DNA of 64,000 nucleotides from an uncultured Candidatus Saccharibacteria bacterium (lineage in GTDB: Bacteria; Patescibacteriota; Minisyncoccia; Minisyncoccales; CAZUZH01): positions 1,090-65,089 of the forward strand of contig CAZUZH010000001.1 of assembly GCA_964624815.1 (NCBI GenBank), read 5' to 3'. Each line of letters starts with the position of its first letter. Position 1 is the first letter of the stretch. Below the pieces are notes generated by a model. That model was not told the origin of the DNA, did not search any database, and worked only from the letters and a program-made list of their open reading frames with translations. The translations under genes were made by a program, and so were the position numbers. Positions 1 through 8,047 of the stretch are shown piece after piece.

Positions 1-77
1 TATACAATAAGTTTTATAAAATACTAAATAGGAGATAATATAATACTATCTTGTTACTCCACATTAATAAAACATAT

Positions 78-113
78 GTAATAGATATATTGCTATAGCA
101 ATATATCTATTAC
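78..113. terminator. Perfect 16-bp-stem palindrome (gtaatagatatattgc-tata-gcaatatatctattac) just downstream of the minus-strand tRNA-Arg; candidate terminator or REP-like hairpin
   Basis: Perfect inverted repeat read directly. The flanks are only weakly U-rich, so terminator function is uncertain. Confidence 0.3.
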
Positions 114-125
114 ATTAGTTATGTG

Positions 126-199
126 TGCCCCCAGTAGGATTCGAGCCTACAACCTCCGCGTCCGAAGCGCGGCGCTCTATCCAGTTGAGCTACAGGGGC
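126..199 (-). tRNA. tRNA-Arg (anticodon UCG)
   Basis: The reverse complement folds as a cloverleaf. Acceptor is GCCCCUG/UGGGGGC with two G.U pairs, the D-arm has A20, anticodon stem is CCGCG/CGCGG with loop CUUCGGA (anticodon UCG), T-arm GUAGG-CUCGAAU-CCUAC, discriminator A. No CCA is encoded. Confidence 0.85.
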
Positions 200-201
200 T
201 T

Positions 202-476
202 AGGGATGCAGGATGCGAACTATCATCAATTTAGCAAAGCCAATTTGAGCCATATTCAAGGCGCGAGGAGCGATGCGATGCCGGAGTGCATCGTGAGCGA
301 CCGAGCAACGCAGAAGATGGCTCAAATTTGCCTGCCCGAAGGGAAGCGAAATTATGGGCCAATTTCTTTGTTACTCCTCCTCAATGGGCTATAAATAGCC
401 CAATTTCGTCGTAGTGCCTTGAACTTGACCCATTCTTTTGCTTCTAAAGCTGATGATAGTTCGCATCCTGCATCCC
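202..476 (-). ncRNA. tmRNA-like structured RNA, short paralog (ssrA-like), separated by 2 nt (UA) from tRNA-Arg on the same strand
   Basis: The minus-strand transcript starts GGGAUGCAGGAUGCGAACUAUCAUCA and ends UGAUGAUAGUUCGCAUCCUGCAUCCC, a 26-nt perfect terminal complementarity. Its 5' end resembles the tmRNA D-analog (GGAUNCGA) and its 3' end is T-arm-like. It is collinear with the 56572-57117 RNA through shared blocks, with compensatory changes. The T-loop analog has C at the A58 position and the acceptor has G3:C70. Confidence 0.5.
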
Positions 477-482
477 AACATT

Positions 483-510
483 ATTATACTAAAAATTTGA
501 AAAAAATCAA
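483..510 (-). promoter_or_regulatory. sigma70-like promoter (TTGATT-16 nt-TATAAT) placing the TSS at the 5' G of the 202-476 RNA
   Basis: On the minus strand TTGATT sits at 510-505 and TATAAT at 488-483, with 6 nt before the GGGAUG 5' end. Confidence 0.45.
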
Positions 511-532
511 ATTTTGAGATAGAATAAGTTTA

Positions 533-1981
533 ATGATTATACCAAAAGAAGTAAAATCTGTTTTGGAAAAATTGCGGAAAAAGAAGCACGAAGCTTACAT
601 TGTCGGAGGTTGTGTTCGGGATGCTTTAAGGGGCTTTGAACCTTTGGATTGGGATGTAGCAACAAATGCCAAGCCGGAAGAAATTACAAAGATTTTCCCA
701 AAAAGTTTTGCCGACAATAAATTCGGCACAGTAACAGTTTTAACTAAGAGCAAAGATAAACCACTAAAGGAAGTTGAAATAACGCCTTTTAGAACAGAGG
801 AAAAATACACTGATAAAAGGCATCCAGATAAAGTTGAATGGGCAAAGACCATTAAAGAGGATTTGAGTCGTCGGGACTTTACAATAAACGCAATTGCTAT
901 GGATCTTGATGGAAATATTATTGATCATTTCAATGGCAAAAAAGATTTGGAAAAGAAAATTATCCGGGCAGTTGGCAAAGCAGAGGATAGATTTTCTGAA
1001 GACGCTTTAAGAATGCTCAGGGCAGTCAGGTTTGCAACTACCTTGAACTTTAAAATTGAGGAAAAAACATCAAAGGCAATTGAGAAAAATGCTTTTTGGC
1101 TTCAAGCAATTTCCCACGAGAGAATAAGAGACGAGTTTTTAAAGATCGTTATGGCTGATAAGCCGTCAAGCGGAATTGAGCTTTTGCGCAAATTAGGACT
1201 TTTGAAATATATTATTCCGGAATTGGAAGAAAATTACGGAGTGGGACAGAACAAGCATCATATTTATGATTGTTATGAGCATGCTCTTCGTTCTTTGGAA
1301 TACGCTGCAAAGAAGAAATTTAACAGTGATGTTAGATTAGCTTCGCTTTTTCATGACATTGGAAAGCCTCGTTCCAAGCGGGGCGAGGGTAAGGATTCCA
1401 CTTTTTACGGCCATGAGGTTGTGGGAGCCAGGATGACGGCCCGTATTTTGAACCGGTTAAGATTTTCCAAAAAAGATATTGAAAAAATTGTAAAACTTGT
1501 AAGATATCATTTATTTTACTATAATGTTGACGAAGTTTCCGAGTCTTCGGTTAGAAGGTTGGTTCGCCAGGCAGGACCGGAAAATATGGATGAGTTGTTG
1601 CAGGTGCGTATGGCTGACCGGATTGGGTCTGGAGTGCCAAAAGCTGAACCATATAAACTGCGTCATCTTCGTTATATTATTGAAAAAGTTAGCCAGGATC
1701 CGATTTCTGCTAAAAAATTAAAAATAAGCGGCGATGACATAATGAAGATTTTAAAGATTAAGCCGGGACCGAAAATCGGAGATGTTTTAGATATTTTACT
1801 GGGATATGTTTTGTCTGACCCAAAAAAGAACAAAAAAGATTTTCTGGAAAGAAAAACCAAAGAATTAGGCAAATTAGAGGACGGAAAATTAAAAGCTCTT
1901 GCAGAAAATGCCAGAATAGAAAGAAATGATATTGAAACCAAAAAAGATGAAATGACCAAAAAGAAATATTGGGTAACGTGA
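533..1981 (+). CDS. cca: CCA-adding tRNA nucleotidyltransferase with HD phosphohydrolase domain
   Basis: GGCVRD nucleotidyltransferase motif, then an HD domain (FHDIGKP), then a lysine/glutamate-rich C-terminal tail. Consistent with the tRNA genes here lacking encoded CCA. Confidence 0.8.
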   Translation: MIIPKEVKSVLEKLRKKKHEAYIVGGCVRDALRGFEPLDWDVATNAKPEEITKIFPKSFADNKFGTVTVLTKSKDKPLKEVEITPFRTEEKYTDKRHPDKVEWAKTIKEDLSRRDFTINAIAMDLDGNIIDHFNGKKDLEKKIIRAVGKAEDRFSEDALRMLRAVRFATTLNFKIEEKTSKAIEKNAFWLQAISHERIRDEFLKIVMADKPSSGIELLRKLGLLKYIIPELEENYGVGQNKHHIYDCYEHALRSLEYAAKKKFNSDVRLASLFHDIGKPRSKRGEGKDSTFYGHEVVGARMTARILNRLRFSKKDIEKIVKLVRYHLFYYNVDEVSESSVRRLVRQAGPENMDELLQVRMADRIGSGVPKAEPYKLRHLRYIIEKVSQDPISAKKLKISGDDIMKILKIKPGPKIGDVLDILLGYVLSDPKKNKKDFLERKTKELGKLEDGKLKALAENARIERNDIETKKDEMTKKKYWVT

Positions 1982-2001
1982 TCATAAAACATAAAACAAA
2001 A

Positions 2002-2072
2002 CGGGCTATAGTGTAATGGTAGCACGAGTTCTTCGGGAGAATTTAGTTCCGGTTCAAATCCGGATAGCCCGA
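2002..2072 (+). tRNA. tRNA-Pro (anticodon CGG)
   Basis: Cloverleaf with C1:G72 and A73 (bacterial proline identity), anticodon stem AGUUC/GAAUU, loop UUCGGGA (anticodon CGG), T-arm UCCGG-UUCAAAU-CCGGA. Confidence 0.8.
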
Positions 2073-2156
2073 ATAGAAAAAGATGCCGTGAGCGGTCTCT
2101 TTTTCCTTTTTTATTGGGGGATTTTTAAATTATTTTATTTTTGCTATACTGATATT

Positions 2157-3287
2157 ATGAAAAAAATTATTTTTATTATTTTTGTTTTGGCTTTTGCGGC
2201 GGGTGTTTTTAATTTTGCTTTAGCTCAAGAAGAACCTCAAGTTGACATCAGCTTTTTTTATGGCGAAACTTGTCCTCACTGCTCAGCAGAGCAGAAGTTT
2301 TTAGACGCAATGGAAAAAAAATACCCCAACCTTGAAATAAAAAGATATTCGCTTAATGAACCAAAAGCCATTGAGCTTTTGAAAGATTTGTGTAAAAAAT
2401 GTGAATCTGAAAAGTATTTGGGATTAGTTCCTCTGACTTTTATTGGCGATAATTTTTTTCTTGGTTTTGACAATGAAAACGGGATGGGAAGACAAATTGA
2501 AGATTATATACAAAGACATATGGAAAGTGCGGAGAAACCAGAAGAAGATAAAGAGAAAATCCAACTGCCAATCATTGGAGAAATAGATGTTGGCGAATAT
2601 TCTCTGCCAATTTTAGCTGTTGTTTTAGGGACATTAGACGGGTTTAATGTTTGTTCTCTTGGCGCTTTGGTTTTAATTTTAGGTTTGGTTTTAACTATTC
2701 GCTCCCGTAAGAAAATTATTCTTTTCGGCGGACTTTTTATATTAACAACTGCTGTAGTTTATGGCATTTTAATTTTTCTTTGGCATCAGCTTTTTTCCCT
2801 TTTAGCTCCTTATATTAGGCTCATGGAGATTTTGATAGGATTTTTAGGACTTGGTGGAGGAATTTATTTCTTAAAGCAGTTTATTAAATACCAAAAACAC
2901 GGACCGGCTTGTGAAGCCGGTTTTGGGCAAAAAATAGCTTCTAAATTTTCCCAGAAACTTCAAAAATTTTTTGGAACTAGAGATATCTTTGCGATAATTA
3001 GTTTGGTTTTTCTATTTGCCGTTATTATCACTATTGTTGAGTTTCCTTGTTCCGCTGTAATTCCGGTTATTTTCGCCGGTATTGTTGCCAAAGCCGACTT
3101 AGCGTTTTTAAACTATCTTCTAATAATTTCCCTTTTTGTTCTTTTCTATATGCTGGATGAGCTAATTGTTTTTTTAATCGCCGCTTACAAAATGACTCTT
3201 TGGATTAGTTCTGGAAAATTTATTGTTTGGATTACTCTTATTGAAGCAATCGCTTTGTTTTTATTGGGATTTTACTATTTGTTGTAA
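2157..3287 (+). CDS. Membrane thiol:disulfide oxidoreductase. Signal peptide plus thioredoxin-fold domain (CPHC) fused to a DsbD/CcdA-like multi-pass membrane domain
   Basis: The start was moved to M48 of the track ORF because the upstream part overlaps tRNA-Pro. ETCPHC redox motif. Multiple TM helices with conserved Cys (NVCSLGAL, EFPCSAV). Confidence 0.5.
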   Translation: MKKIIFIIFVLAFAAGVFNFALAQEEPQVDISFFYGETCPHCSAEQKFLDAMEKKYPNLEIKRYSLNEPKAIELLKDLCKKCESEKYLGLVPLTFIGDNFFLGFDNENGMGRQIEDYIQRHMESAEKPEEDKEKIQLPIIGEIDVGEYSLPILAVVLGTLDGFNVCSLGALVLILGLVLTIRSRKKIILFGGLFILTTAVVYGILIFLWHQLFSLLAPYIRLMEILIGFLGLGGGIYFLKQFIKYQKHGPACEAGFGQKIASKFSQKLQKFFGTRDIFAIISLVFLFAVIITIVEFPCSAVIPVIFAGIVAKADLAFLNYLLIISLFVLFYMLDELIVFLIAAYKMTLWISSGKFIVWITLIEAIALFLLGFYYLL

Positions 3288-3337
3288 ATAGCAATGTTTG
3301 TTTTTACCTCAAAAAATGCTAAAATAAAATTGATTTC

Positions 3338-3408
3338 GGGCTTGTAGTATAATGGCATTACACCGCATTCGCATTGCGGAAATGCGAGTTCGATTCTCGC
3401 CGAGTCCA
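3338..3408 (+). tRNA. tRNA-Ala (anticodon CGC)
   Basis: G3:U70 wobble and A73 (alanine identity elements), anticodon stem CCGCA/UGCGG, loop UUCGCAU, T-arm GCGAG-UUCGAUU-CUCGC. Confidence 0.85.
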
Positions 3409-3410
3409 TT

Positions 3411-3827
3411 ATGAACACTCCAACTGCTTTAACCCGGAAAGAGGTTGGGAAATTGGGAGAGGATATTGCTGTTAAATATTTAAAGAAAAAAGGATGTAAG
3501 ATTTTACAAAGAAATTATCTGCCGAAATTCATAAAAAGCTTTGGAAGAGGAAAAGGAGAAATTGATATCATTATTAAGGAAAAAGATACAATTTGCTTTA
3601 TTGAGGTTAAAAGCGTGATTAAAGGAACTCAGAAATTTCTACCCGAAGATAAGGTGAATTTTTTTAAACAGAGGAAATTAATTAGACTTGCCAAAATGTA
3701 TTTTTTAGAAAACAAAATTTCCCAGAATAGAAAATGGCAAATTGATGTTATTTCAGTTATGATTGATTTAGACTCTAGGAAGGCAAGGCTTCGACATTTT
3801 GAAAATGCTGTTGCTGATATCTATTAG
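3411..3827 (+). CDS. YraN/UPF0102 family endonuclease-like protein
   Basis: 138 aa. EIDIIIKEKDTICFIEVKS is a PD-(D/E)xK-like core typical of UPF0102. Confidence 0.55.
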   Translation: MNTPTALTRKEVGKLGEDIAVKYLKKKGCKILQRNYLPKFIKSFGRGKGEIDIIIKEKDTICFIEVKSVIKGTQKFLPEDKVNFFKQRKLIRLAKMYFLENKISQNRKWQIDVISVMIDLDSRKARLRHFENAVADIY

Positions 3828-3920
3828 CCTTGCTATAATTAGTAGTGAAGAGAAATGAAAGCTTGCTTTTGTTTCAACTTAACGACTAATTACGTCTAAA
3901 GTTCACAATTAGAACAGATT

Positions 3921-4226
3921 ATGTATGTTGCGATTCTCATTGCTGGTTTTGGAGGAGGAGTTCTGCGAGGCTTAGTTGGGTATATCAAGCATCAGTTCTC
4001 ATACAAAAACGTGGGATTTAAACTCCCCTATTTTTTGGGGATGATGTTTTTGTCCGGGATAATTGGCAGCTTAACCGCAATGGCAATCCGTGAAGCTGGC
4101 ATTACTTTTTTTCAAACAGGATCTCTTGTTCCAGCTTTGGCTTTTATTATTGGTTATGCAGGCGGAGACTTTTTGGAAAATGTTTATAAAATAATTGTAA
4201 AAAAATCATCTTTATATGAAGAGTAA
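3921..4226 (+). CDS. hypothetical small membrane protein
   Basis: 101 aa with 3 predicted TM segments; no recognisable motif. Confidence 0.4.
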   Translation: MYVAILIAGFGGGVLRGLVGYIKHQFSYKNVGFKLPYFLGMMFLSGIIGSLTAMAIREAGITFFQTGSLVPALAFIIGYAGGDFLENVYKIIVKKSSLYEE

Positions 4227-4566
4227 CATTAAAAAATTAATTGGCTGGTTATTGTTGATAGCCGGATTAATAATAATTGCATGGGCTTTGTATTCCTCAT
4301 ACAATATTTTTTCCGCCAAGGACGAAGCGCCGGAGATTTTTTCCTCCTCGGCACGGCTAGAGGATGGCGACAAAGTAGAAGAAGAGATACCTGATATTGA
4401 AGAGCAGATGAAGCAAATGATGGAGGAGCATCTGGAAAGTTTGTTTCCTAAAAGTTTTGGTCCCAGATTTCTTAATTTAATTACTTGGTCAATTTTCGCC
4501 GGGATTTTAGTTTTCGGCGGCGGAAAAATTTCTATTATTGGCATTAAATTAATCGGAAATAAATAG
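4216..4566 (+). CDS. hypothetical membrane protein with acidic central region
   Basis: 116 aa with TM segments at both ends. Overlaps the upstream ORF by 11 nt. Confidence 0.4.
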   Translation: MKSNIKKLIGWLLLIAGLIIIAWALYSSYNIFSAKDEAPEIFSSSARLEDGDKVEEEIPDIEEQMKQMMEEHLESLFPKSFGPRFLNLITWSIFAGILVFGGGKISIIGIKLIGNK

Positions 4567-4568
4567 CC

Positions 4569-4592
4569 AAAAAGGAGCTTAGCTCCTTTTTA
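4569..4592 (+). terminator. rho-independent terminator (aaaaaggagcttagctccttttt)
   Basis: GC hairpin followed by a T-run. Confidence 0.6.
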
Positions 4593-4638
4593 ATTATAAT
4601 TAATTTTTCCAGCCCAGCAGTGCTCGCGCCGCTGGGAT

Positions 4639-5478
4639 GTGGAAACCATAACTATGGAAAATCCATTTGAACATTTTAATAATATCAGAGAGGCCCGAAA
4701 GAGATTTATGCCAATGGTTTTTGCTCTTTTATCCCTTTTTATTTTTGTTTTGATAATTTCTTTTATTGTTGACATTAACAACAAGATTAAACAAGGGAGA
4801 TACATTGGACAGGATATTGAATCGCAGAACACTATTAGTGTTTCAGCAACCGGAGAGGTTTATACTAAGCCGGATTTAGCTATAACCAGTTTTTCTGTTC
4901 TCACCGAAAAAGCAACAGTTGATGAGGCTTTGAAAGAAAATAGTGAAAAAATGAACAAAATAATTGAGTTTGTAAAATCCCAGGGGGTTTCTGATAAAGA
5001 TTTAAAAACCACTGGCTTGAATATTTATCCGCGCTATGAGTGGAAGAGAGAAACATTAATTTGGCCCCAGCCAGAGGGAAAAAGAGTTTTAATTGGATAT
5101 GAAGTTCGTCAGTCTTTACAGGTTAAAATCAGAGAAATGGAAAAAGTGGGGGCTATTATTCAGGGAGCAACTAGTGCCGGCGCCAACCAGATAGGTGATT
5201 TAAGGTTTACTATTGACAACGAGGATGAGTTTAAGAATCAGGCAAGAAAACAGGCAATTCATGAGGCAAAAGAAAAAGCCAAAGAATTAGCCAAGCAGTT
5301 GGGGGTGAAATTAGTAAAAATTAAAAACTTTTCCGAGAGCGGAATATATCCTCGTTATTACAGTTTGGATGTTGCCGAAGCCGTTGGCAAAGGCGGGGGC
5401 GAAACGCCAACGCCCCAAATAGAAACCGGCGAAAACAAGATAGAAGTAACGGTGAGTATAATTTATGAGATAAATTAA
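4639..5478 (+). CDS. SIMPL/DUF541 domain protein (BP26-like periplasmic protein)
   Basis: N-terminal TM anchor and the SIMPL-family length and architecture. Confidence 0.6.
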   Translation: METITMENPFEHFNNIREARKRFMPMVFALLSLFIFVLIISFIVDINNKIKQGRYIGQDIESQNTISVSATGEVYTKPDLAITSFSVLTEKATVDEALKENSEKMNKIIEFVKSQGVSDKDLKTTGLNIYPRYEWKRETLIWPQPEGKRVLIGYEVRQSLQVKIREMEKVGAIIQGATSAGANQIGDLRFTIDNEDEFKNQARKQAIHEAKEKAKELAKQLGVKLVKIKNFSESGIYPRYYSLDVAEAVGKGGGETPTPQIETGENKIEVTVSIIYEIN

Positions 5479-5484
5479 AAAATA

Positions 5485-5560
5485 GACACCGGGTCTCTGT
5501 AAACTATACAGACACCGCGTCTCTATAAACTATACAGACACGGTGTCTCTGCGGATTTTA
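5485..5560. repeat. Tandem array, 3 copies of a ~26-nt unit (tacagacaccgcgtctctataaacta)
   Basis: Read directly. Each unit holds the imperfect dyad agacacNNNgtctct. Confidence 0.6.
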
Positions 5561-5572
5561 AAAAATTAACAC

Positions 5573-5625
5573 CCTGTACAGCGGTTGGACATTTTTAGCA
5601 AACGATCGTTTACTAAAAATGTCCA
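5573..5625. repeat. REP-like palindromic element, copy A (cctgtacagcggttggacatttttagcaaacgatcgtttactaaaaatgtcca)
   Basis: 52 of 53 nt identical to 24042-24094. Core palindrome GCAAACGA-T-CGTTTGC, shared with 19137-19172. Confidence 0.6.
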
Positions 5626-5713
5626 GCATGGGTTTTTTCGAAAAAGGAGCTAATCTCCTTTTTTAATTTCTCAAGAGCAACCTTTGAGAAAAATTGAATT
5701 TTCTGAATTAATT

Positions 5714-5722
5714 TGATAAGAT
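5714..5722 (+). promoter_or_regulatory. Extended -10 (TGATAAGAT) 6 nt upstream of ATG; probable leaderless transcript
   Basis: The identical motif and spacing recur at 24175-24183 before ileS. No Shine-Dalgarno sequence is present. Confidence 0.4.
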
Positions 5723-5728
5723 AAAATT

Positions 5729-6997
5729 ATGAAATTCATTGCAGATTTTCATATTCATTCTAAATATTCCAGGGCAACGAGCAAGGATATGGATTTAGAG
5801 CATTTGGACAAGTGGGCGAAAATAAAGGGCGTCAATGTTTTGGGAACTGGGGACTTTACGCATCCGGAGTGGTTAGCTCATTTGAAAGAAAATTTGGAAC
5901 CGGCAGAATCCGGACTTTTTAAATTAAAGTCTCCTGTCCCGACTTCGGTCGGGGCACGGCAAGAAACTCGTTTTATTCTCACCAGCGAGATTAGCTGTAT
6001 TTATTCCAAGAACGGGAAAGTGAGAAAAGTTCATATTTTAGTTTTTGCTTCTGATTTTAAGACAGTTGAAAAAATAAATGCTCACTTGGGCTGTATAGGG
6101 AATTTAAAATCAGACGGACGGCCTATTTTAGGATTAGACTCTAAAGAATTAGCAAAAATTGTTTTAGAATGTTCGGCTGACTGCTTGGTGGTCCCGGCTC
6201 ACTTATACACACCCTGGTTTTCTTTATTTGGTTCTAAATCAGGGTTTGATTCAATAGAAGAATGTTTTGAAGAATATTCAAAATATATTTTTGCCGGGGA
6301 AACGGGACTAAGTTCGGATCCCCCGATGAGCTGGCGGAATTCATCTCTTGATAAAATTACTCTAATCAGTAATTCAGACGCGCACTCGCCCCAGAAAATA
6401 GGAAGAGAGGTAAATGTTTTTGACACAGAAATTAGTTATTCAGCTATTGCCAAGGCTATAAAAGAAAAAAATCCCAAAGAGTTTTTATATACCGTAGAGT
6501 TTTTCCCCCAGGAAGGCAAGTATCATTATGACGGCCATAGGGCTTGCGATATAAGTTTATCACCCCAAGAATCTAAAAAATATAATAATATATGCCCGGT
6601 TTGCGGAAAACCTTTAACCATCGGCGTTTTGAACCGAGTTGAAGAATTAGCAGACAGAGAAGAAGGTTTTAAGCCGGAAAATGCCATTCCTTTTAAAAGC
6701 CTTATTCCTTTGCCCGAAATTATCGGTTCAGCCGTTGGCGTGGGACCGGCCAGTAAGCAAGTTGCCAAGGAATATGATAATTTGATTGAGAAATTTGGCA
6801 ATGAGTTTAATATTTTATTGGAGGCAAGCCGAGGGAATTTGGAAGGAGTCACTAAGCAGGAAATTGCCGAAGGGATTATTCGGGTAAGGGAAGGAAAAGT
6901 TTATGTAGAACCCGGCTATGACGGAGTCTATGGAAAGATAAATATATTTTCACAAGAAGAAAAGAAAAAACCGACAAAACAAGATACTCTTTTTTAA
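5729..6997 (+). CDS. PHP-domain nuclease, endonuclease Q-like
   Basis: N-terminal DFHIHSKYS PHP motif, about 420 aa, C-terminal CPVCGK zinc-finger-like motif as in EndoQ. Confidence 0.5.
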   Translation: MKFIADFHIHSKYSRATSKDMDLEHLDKWAKIKGVNVLGTGDFTHPEWLAHLKENLEPAESGLFKLKSPVPTSVGARQETRFILTSEISCIYSKNGKVRKVHILVFASDFKTVEKINAHLGCIGNLKSDGRPILGLDSKELAKIVLECSADCLVVPAHLYTPWFSLFGSKSGFDSIEECFEEYSKYIFAGETGLSSDPPMSWRNSSLDKITLISNSDAHSPQKIGREVNVFDTEISYSAIAKAIKEKNPKEFLYTVEFFPQEGKYHYDGHRACDISLSPQESKKYNNICPVCGKPLTIGVLNRVEELADREEGFKPENAIPFKSLIPLPEIIGSAVGVGPASKQVAKEYDNLIEKFGNEFNILLEASRGNLEGVTKQEIAEGIIRVREGKVYVEPGYDGVYGKINIFSQEEKKKPTKQDTLF

Positions 6998-7006
6998 AAT
7001 TAAAAA

Positions 7007-8047
7007 ATGATAAAATCCAAAACCAAAAGTATAATTTTTTTTGCCTTTTTAGTTTTGATATTTTTAGCAGATTTAATTTTTATAAACTTTCTTTTAGAAA
7101 AACAAGAGGAATTTTACTCTGGTATCTTTAACCGGGCAGTAATTAATTTTTCAGAGATAAAAAAACTACGAGAAAATAGAACAGCAATTTTAATATTTGT
7201 AGGAGACATTATATTAGATAGAGGGGTGAAATATATGGTGAATAGAGAGGACAACGGGGACTGGAAATTTCCATTTTTGAAAATCGCTAATTTTTTGAGA
7301 AAAGCCGATATATTATTCGGCAATTTAGAAAGTATAATTTCTGACAAAGGAGAGAAAGTTGGTAGCATTTATTCTTTTCGGGCAGAGCCAGAAGCAATTA
7401 AGGGTTTGATTTTTGCCGGTTTTGATATTGTCTCTGTGGCTAATAACCATACTTTTGATTATGGCAGAGAGGCGATGGAAGACCATTTTAAGAGGTTAAA
7501 AGAGGCAAGGATTAATTATGTTGGCGGTGGATTTAATAAAGCAGAAGCCCAGTCACCAGTTATTAAAGAGGTCGCGGGCACTAAAATTGCCTTTTTGGGC
7601 TATACCAATCTCGGTTCAGAATATTGGAAAGCCGAAGAAAACAAATCCGGTATTGCTTGGCTAACAGAAAATATCGCCGAAGATATAAAAAAAACAAAAG
7701 AAATAGCGGATTTAGTTATGGTTTCTTTTCACTGGGGTGAAGAATATCAAAAAGTTACAGAAGAACAGGAATTTTTTGGCCATTTGGCAATTGATAGCGG
7801 AGCTGATTTAGTAGTCGGCCATCATCCTCATATTGTTCAGGAAATAGAGGAATACAAGGAGAAATATATTTTTTATTCTCTTGGTAATTTTGTTTTTGAC
7901 CAGAGTTTTTCAGAAGAGACTATGCAGGGATTGTTAGTGAAAGTTAAAGTGGACAAAGCCGGGATAAAAGAAATTATTTCTCAATCAATTAAAATTAACG
8001 AGTTTTTTCAACCAGAAGTTTTTTCAACAACAAGTTATTTAAAATAA
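7007..8047 (+). CDS. CapA-family metallophosphoesterase (poly-gamma-glutamate capsule biosynthesis-like)
   Basis: N-terminal TM segment, VVGHHPHIVQ and HWGEEY motifs typical of CapA/PGA_cap. Confidence 0.7.
   Translation: MIKSKTKSIIFFAFLVLIFLADLIFINFLLEKQEEFYSGIFNRAVINFSEIKKLRENRTAILIFVGDIILDRGVKYMVNREDNGDWKFPFLKIANFLRKADILFGNLESIISDKGEKVGSIYSFRAEPEAIKGLIFAGFDIVSVANNHTFDYGREAMEDHFKRLKEARINYVGGGFNKAEAQSPVIKEVAGTKIAFLGYTNLGSEYWKAEENKSGIAWLTENIAEDIKKTKEIADLVMVSFHWGEEYQKVTEEQEFFGHLAIDSGADLVVGHHPHIVQEIEEYKEKYIFYSLGNFVFDQSFSEETMQGLLVKVKVDKAGIKEIISQSIKINEFFQPEVFSTTSYLK

Noticed and set aside
125-394. Track ORF (89 aa, plus strand) spanning tRNA-Arg and the tmRNA-like RNA
   Set aside because: It is antisense to or overlapping two RNA genes and its peptide is low-complexity. 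Almost certainly spurious.
202-476. Retron msr/msd or MITE interpretation of the inverted-repeat-flanked element
   Set aside because: There is no reverse transcriptase or transposase nearby. The two copies are diverged with compensatory changes, not near-identical, and each has its own promoter. A structured RNA gene fits better, though a MITE origin is not fully excluded.
126-3408. Genomic island or integrase at the tRNA cluster
   Set aside because: No integrase, recombinase or direct repeat of a tRNA 3' end was found next to tRNA-Arg, tRNA-Pro, tRNA-Ala or tRNA-Leu.
5485-5560. Possible CRISPR array (also at 23950-24035)
   Set aside because: The units are contiguous tandem repeats with no 25-40 nt unique spacers, and no cas genes are present in the window.
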